This document shows, piece by piece, positions 59,840-64,000 of a stretch of 64,000 nucleotides of DNA. The number at the start of each line of letters is the position of its first letter. Positions within the stretch are counted from its first letter, which is position 1. The DNA lies in the NCBI GenBank assembly GCA_030680355.1, contig JAUXVF010000020.1:8811-72810 (forward strand), read 5' to 3'. Source of the stretch: Caulobacter sp. (GTDB lineage Bacteria; Pseudomonadota; Alphaproteobacteria; Caulobacterales; Caulobacteraceae). The notes under the pieces were generated by a model. The model was not told the origin of the DNA, made no database searches, and saw only the letters and a program-made list of their open reading frames with translations. A program made the position numbers and the translations under genes.

Positions 59840-61096
59840 CTATCCCCTGCCGCTGGTCGGAATGTCCTTGAAGGCCACGTCCTTGTCCACGCGGATGTCG
59901 CCGGGCAGGCCCAGCACCCGCTCGGCGATGATGTTGCGCAGGATCTCGTCGGTGCCGCCCTCGACGCGGGTGGCCGGACTGCGCAGCAGCATGGCCTGGA
60001 ACCGCGCGCCGGCGGCGGCGATCTCGGGATCGGAGACCACCCCGCCCTGGCCCTGCAGGTCGAGCGCGAACATGGCCAGCTCCTGCATGGTCGCCCCGGC
60101 GACCAGCTTGCCGATGGAGTTCTCCGGCCCCGGCGTCTCGCCCTTCGACAGGGCCGAGATGGCCCGCATGCCGGTGTATTTCAGGCCGCTGGCCTTGACC
60201 GCGTAGCCGGCAAGCCGCGAGCGCACGGAACGGTCGTCGATGGCCGGCCCGTCCTCGGTCTGCAGGTTCATGCAGAAATCGAACAGTTCGGGGAAGCCGG
60301 TCGGCATGCCCGAGCCGATCGACAGCCGCTCGTTCATCAGGGTGGTCAGGGACACGCTCCAGCCCTGGCCGACGGCGCCGAGCCGCTGGCTGTCGGGAAT
60401 GCGGACGTCGGTGAAATAGACCTCGTTGAAGCCCGACTGGCCGTTGGCCTGTTTGATCGGCCGGATGTCGATGCCCGGCGACTTCATGTCGAGCCAGAAC
60501 ATGGTCAGGCCCTTGTGCTTGGGCACGGTCGGGTCGGTGCGGGTGATGACGATGCCGTAGTCGCTGTGCTGGGCGCCGCTGGTCCAGATCTTCTGGCCGT
60601 TGATGATCCAGTCGCCGCTGCCGTCCGTGGCCGGAACCGCCGCCGTGCGCAGGCCGGCCAGGTCCGAGCCGCCAGCCGGTTCGCTGAACAGCTGGCACCA
60701 GATGTGTTCGCCGGCGGCCAGCGGCGGCAGCAGCCGCTCCTTGGTCGCCTCATCGGCCCAGGCCATGACCGTCGGGCCGCACATGCCGTGGCCGATGATG
60801 AACAGTCCGCTGAGCGCGCCATAGACGCCCTCTTCCTGGCCCCAGATGACCCGTTCGATCGGGGTCGCGCCGCGACCGCCGTATTCCTTGGGCCAGTGCA
60901 GGCAGGCCCAGCCGGCCTCGGCCTTGGTCTTCTGCCAGGCCTTGGAGGCGACGATCGGGTCGACGCTTTTCAGGCCATTGCTGGCGAAGCCGCCCATCTT
61001 CAGCTCGGCCTCGAGTTCCCTGGGCGCGTTGGCCTGGATCCAGGCGCGGGCCGTGGCGCGGAAGGCGGCTTCTTCGGGGGTGTCGTCGAAGTTCAT
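59840..61096 (-). CDS. acyl-CoA dehydrogenase
   Basis: 418 aa. Sequence WCQLFSEPAGGSDLAGL, and C-terminal GGTDEILRNIIAERVLGLP. Confidence 0.9.
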   Translation of the reverse strand: MNFDDTPEEAAFRATARAWIQANAPRELEAELKMGGFASNGLKSVDPIVASKAWQKTKAEAGWACLHWPKEYGGRGATPIERVIWGQEEGVYGALSGLFIIGHGMCGPTVMAWADEATKERLLPPLAAGEHIWCQLFSEPAGGSDLAGLRTAAVPATDGSGDWIINGQKIWTSGAQHSDYGIVITRTDPTVPKHKGLTMFWLDMKSPGIDIRPIKQANGQSGFNEVYFTDVRIPDSQRLGAVGQGWSVSLTTLMNERLSIGSGMPTGFPELFDFCMNLQTEDGPAIDDRSVRSRLAGYAVKASGLKYTGMRAISALSKGETPGPENSIGKLVAGATMQELAMFALDLQGQGGVVSDPEIAAAGARFQAMLLRSPATRVEGGTDEILRNIIAERVLGLPGDIRVDKDVAFKDIPTSGRG

Positions 61097-61192
61097 GATC
61101 CCATTCCCTGTTCGAGCCCTGTGAGCCCGAGTCTTTGTTTTGTCGCGCGACGGGCGCCGAAACCGGCGTCCACTTTCGGCTGTCGCGCTCCC

Positions 61193-62317
61193 TTAGGCCG
61201 CCGCGGGGGCGTCGTTGCGCTGGCGCAGGCGGTCGATCAGCAGGTCTTCCCAGGTCGATTGCGAGCCCAGGGCCAGGGCCAGTCCGTTGGACCGGCGGTA
61301 GAACAGGTGGCAGTCGAAGGCCCAGGTGAAGCCCATGCCGCCGTGCACCTGGATGTTGTTCTTGGCGCAGTGCTGGAAGGCCTGGGTGGCAGAGACCCGC
61401 GCCGTCGCCGCCGCCATCGGCAGCTCCGCCGACCCGGTCGAAAGCGCCCAGGCGCCGTAGTAGGCGTTGGAGCGGGCCAGGGTCGCCGACACATACATGT
61501 CGGCCAGCATGTGTTTGACCGCCTGGAAGGAGCCGATCTGGCGACCGAAGGCCATCCGCTCCAGGGCGTAGTCGCGGCCCATCTCCAGCGCCCGGTCCGA
61601 TCCGCCGACCTGTTCGAAAGCCAGCAGGACGGCGGCGCGATCCATGACCTCGGCGGCCAGCCGCCAGCCGTCGCCGGCCAGGCCCAACCGCTCGGCCGGG
61701 GCGTCAGCAAAGGTCAGGGTCGCCTGGCCGCGGGTCGGGTCGATGCTGTCGACGCTCGTCCGGGTCACGCCCGGGCCGGTCAGGTCGACGAGGAACAGGC
61801 AGACCTTGCCGCCCTCCCGCGCCGCGACTACCGCGACGTCGGCGATGTCGCCATCGGGCACGGGCGTCTTGGTTCCGGACAGCTTGCCGTTCGAGACGCT
61901 GGCCTTGATCGATGTCTCGGTCACCCGGCCCAGGCCCTCGCCGTAAGCGAAGGTCCCGATCGTCTCGCCGCTGGCCAGTTTCGGCAGCCAGGCCGTCTTC
62001 TGGCCCTCGCTGCCGGCGGCCGTCAGGAATTCGGCGGCCAGATAGATGGACGAGGCGACGGGAACCGGCGCCAGCGCCCGGCCCAGCTCCTCGGCGATCA
62101 CGCACAGCTCCAGATGCCCCAGGCCGACGCCGCCGTAGGCCTCCGGGATCGCCGCGCCGAGGAAACCCATCTCCGCCAGCCCCTGCCAGAGGGCGCGGTC
62201 GTAGCTCTGTTCGCCCTCGAGCACCGCCCGCACGGCGGACGGCGGACATTTGTCGGCGAGGTAGCGCCGCGCCTGATCCTGCAGCTGCTTCTGCTCGTCG
62301 GAAAAATCGAAGTTCAT
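61193..62317 (-). CDS. acyl-CoA dehydrogenase
   Basis: 374 aa with the ACAD middle and C-terminal domains (IQVHGGMGFTWAFDCHLFYRR). Lies in tandem with the previous ACAD gene. Confidence 0.88.
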   Translation of the reverse strand: MNFDFSDEQKQLQDQARRYLADKCPPSAVRAVLEGEQSYDRALWQGLAEMGFLGAAIPEAYGGVGLGHLELCVIAEELGRALAPVPVASSIYLAAEFLTAAGSEGQKTAWLPKLASGETIGTFAYGEGLGRVTETSIKASVSNGKLSGTKTPVPDGDIADVAVVAAREGGKVCLFLVDLTGPGVTRTSVDSIDPTRGQATLTFADAPAERLGLAGDGWRLAAEVMDRAAVLLAFEQVGGSDRALEMGRDYALERMAFGRQIGSFQAVKHMLADMYVSATLARSNAYYGAWALSTGSAELPMAAATARVSATQAFQHCAKNNIQVHGGMGFTWAFDCHLFYRRSNGLALALGSQSTWEDLLIDRLRQRNDAPAAA

Positions 62318-62725
62318 ACGGGCCTCCTGGACAGGGTCCCCATTTGAACCCCCTCACCCAACGACAGCCAAGCGGCGATCAGGCGGTTGAAGCAGGGCGA
62401 GGCCGAATGCGGGCGCTCTGAAGGTCGGCGAAGGGTGGTGGACGGACCTTGGCTCACACGCCCGAAGCCACACACAGAAGCGCCGCCGATCCTGCGACCG
62501 GCGGCGTATGTCTGTCAGGCGTAGAGGCCCAGGCGACCCCGGCCTTGCGACGGCGGACCAAACGTCCGGCGCCCTTGCCCACAAAGAAGCAGCGGTCCGC
62601 GCCTAAGGGGGCGTTGCCCAAAGTCTGCGGAGCGGATTTGGACCGGGACTGGCCCCGCCGCCGCGCATGTATCTGACAACCTGGCGCGACAAGAGTCGCC
62701 AAGCCCCCCAACCGGCCGCAGACGC

Positions 62726-64000
62726 TCAGTGCCGGCTTGCGACCATATCCTTGTCCAGGGTGCGCGCAGCCAGGAAGTAGAAGGCCGCAGCGGGGATAAA
62801 CACCAGCGTGACGGCCACCAGCGACTGTCGCAGTCCCTCTCCATAGGCAGCGCGGCAGATCTGCTGCTGGATCTCCGGCAGGGCCGACAGGTCGCGCGCC
62901 CTGCAGATCGCATTGGTCAGATCGCCGCCAGCCCCCTGCGCCTGCAACTGCATGCTCATGAACATGTCGGAGAGCAGGCCGACCACCTGGGGCCCGACGC
63001 CGTTGCCGATCAGGGCCACCATCACCAGCAATATGGCGATGGCGGAGGCGCGAGAGCGGGCCGATACGACTCCCTGACCAATCGTGTACTGGGCGCCGAT
63101 GTAGGCATAGTGGAACATCGCCCCCAGACCCCAGGTGATCAGCGCCGGCCAGTGGCCCTGCACATACTTTGCGCCGTTCGCCGACACGACCACGCTGGCG
63201 TGGTCCATCTGGTAGAATGCGGTGATGTAAAACGGAATAGCGAGCAGCAGGCCGACTCCGGGGATCACCGCCACGGCAGTGCTGAAGCGGCCCGACAGCC
63301 GCGCGGTCAGCCAGCCGCCGAGGAATGTGCCAAGCGCCGAGATCAGCGCCAGCGGCACACCGAAGGTCAGCGCGAATTCGCCGGGTCCGATGCCGGCGAT
63401 CCGCTGAGCCATCGGAGCCTGGAAGCCGAACAGGCCATAGCCGACGAAGGCCACGAGCGATGCCCCTATGGCCATGGTCCAGAAGGTCGGTTTGACCGCC
63501 AGCTGACGCAGCGTGTCCACGATGCTGGCCTTCTCCATCTGCACAGTGCCCGGTGGGTCGGAGTATCCGCGCGGCGGCTCCTTCACGGTAAAGAACATCA
63601 GGGCGGCGATGAGCAGTCCGGGAATGCCCAGCCCGATGAAGGCAAAACGCCAGCCGAACGAGCCGGTCCAGCCCATATAATCAGGCAGGCCCTCCAGGCC
63701 GACAGGAGCGAGCAGGGCCAGCACCGACTCGTTCGTCAGGCCGCCGATCGGGCCGCCGAACCCATAGGCAAACGCCCCGCCGATGGTGACGCCCATGCCG
63801 AAGACGCCCAACGCGCCGGCCCGGCTGCGCGGCTTGAAATAGTCGCCGATCAGGGAGTTCGACGGGGGCGTGCTGCCCGCCTCGCCGATCGCCACGCCGA
63901 CCCGGCAGAGCAACAGAAACAGAAACCCGGAGGCAAAGCCGCACAAGGCGGTCATCAGCGACCAGATCGCAATGCAAATGGAGATAATCGCCACGCGATT
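62726..64000 (-). CDS. MFS transporter (N-terminus outside the window)
   Basis: The minus-frame ORF is open to the window edge. Multi-TM protein with the MFS loop motif LLCRVGVAIGEAG. Confidence 0.85.
   Translation of the reverse strand, partial: NRVAIISICIAIWSLMTALCGFASGFLFLLLCRVGVAIGEAGSTPPSNSLIGDYFKPRSRAGALGVFGMGVTIGGAFAYGFGGPIGGLTNESVLALLAPVGLEGLPDYMGWTGSFGWRFAFIGLGIPGLLIAALMFFTVKEPPRGYSDPPGTVQMEKASIVDTLRQLAVKPTFWTMAIGASLVAFVGYGLFGFQAPMAQRIAGIGPGEFALTFGVPLALISALGTFLGGWLTARLSGRFSTAVAVIPGVGLLLAIPFYITAFYQMDHASVVVSANGAKYVQGHWPALITWGLGAMFHYAYIGAQYTIGQGVVSARSRASAIAILLVMVALIGNGVGPQVVGLLSDMFMSMQLQAQGAGGDLTNAICRARDLSALPEIQQQICRAAYGEGLRQSLVAVTLVFIPAAAFYFLAARTLDKDMVASRH

Noticed and set aside
59289-60698. 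469-aa minus-strand ORF spanning the GNAT gene and part of the neighbouring ACAD gene
   Set aside because: The N-terminal 290 aa are an out-of-frame read of the ACAD gene (Arg/Pro/Gly-rich). An internal ATG at 59828 gives a normal 179-aa GNAT.

Overview
Very GC-rich, densely coding chromosomal segment with alphaproteobacterial (Caulobacterales-like) gene content and order; no taxon can be assigned from the sequence alone. I support about 60 protein genes by reading the translations. In order: TCA-cycle block sucD'-sucA-sucB-(small membrane protein)-lpdA; YciI and GNAT genes; POT peptide transporter; xerC with its DUF484 partner; fsa and, divergently, priA; TerC, acyltransferase-3, CHAP peptidase, corA, a 403-aa pentapeptide-repeat protein; crotonase, SH3 protein, alpha/beta hydrolase, thioesterase; zur and a CaCA antiporter; a polyamine pair (ornithine decarboxylase plus deoxyhypusine-synthase-like enzyme); a phosphate-starvation neighbourhood (phnCDE, orphan PstS-like binding protein, plcP-like phosphoesterase coupled to a GT4 glycosyltransferase) carrying 11-bp-phased CTGTC(A/G)C Pho-box-like repeats; TetR, DUF885, an APC permease; three secreted hypothetical or repeat proteins; an SPFH protein plus a divergent NAD-kinase-fold protein appended to the five-gene histidine-utilisation set (hutG-H-U-F and divergent hutI); a compact six-gene Tad/Cpa pilus locus (cpaB-C-E-F-tadB-tadC) with no pilin, prepilin peptidase or cpaD next to it; guanine deaminase; three acyl-CoA dehydrogenases with OsmC and GNAT genes; a partial MFS transporter. 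I found no rRNA, tRNA, CRISPR array, IS element or prophage. Non-coding features are several intrinsic terminators, two REP-like nested palindromic elements, a 15-bp palindrome in front of the TetR gene, and one ~41% GC island upstream of cpaB. The most unusual item is the SPFH/NADK-like two-gene module at 40515-42405. I cannot match it to a described system, and any role for it is inference. Many long ORFs in the supplied track are antisense or out-of-frame artefacts of the high GC content and were rejected.
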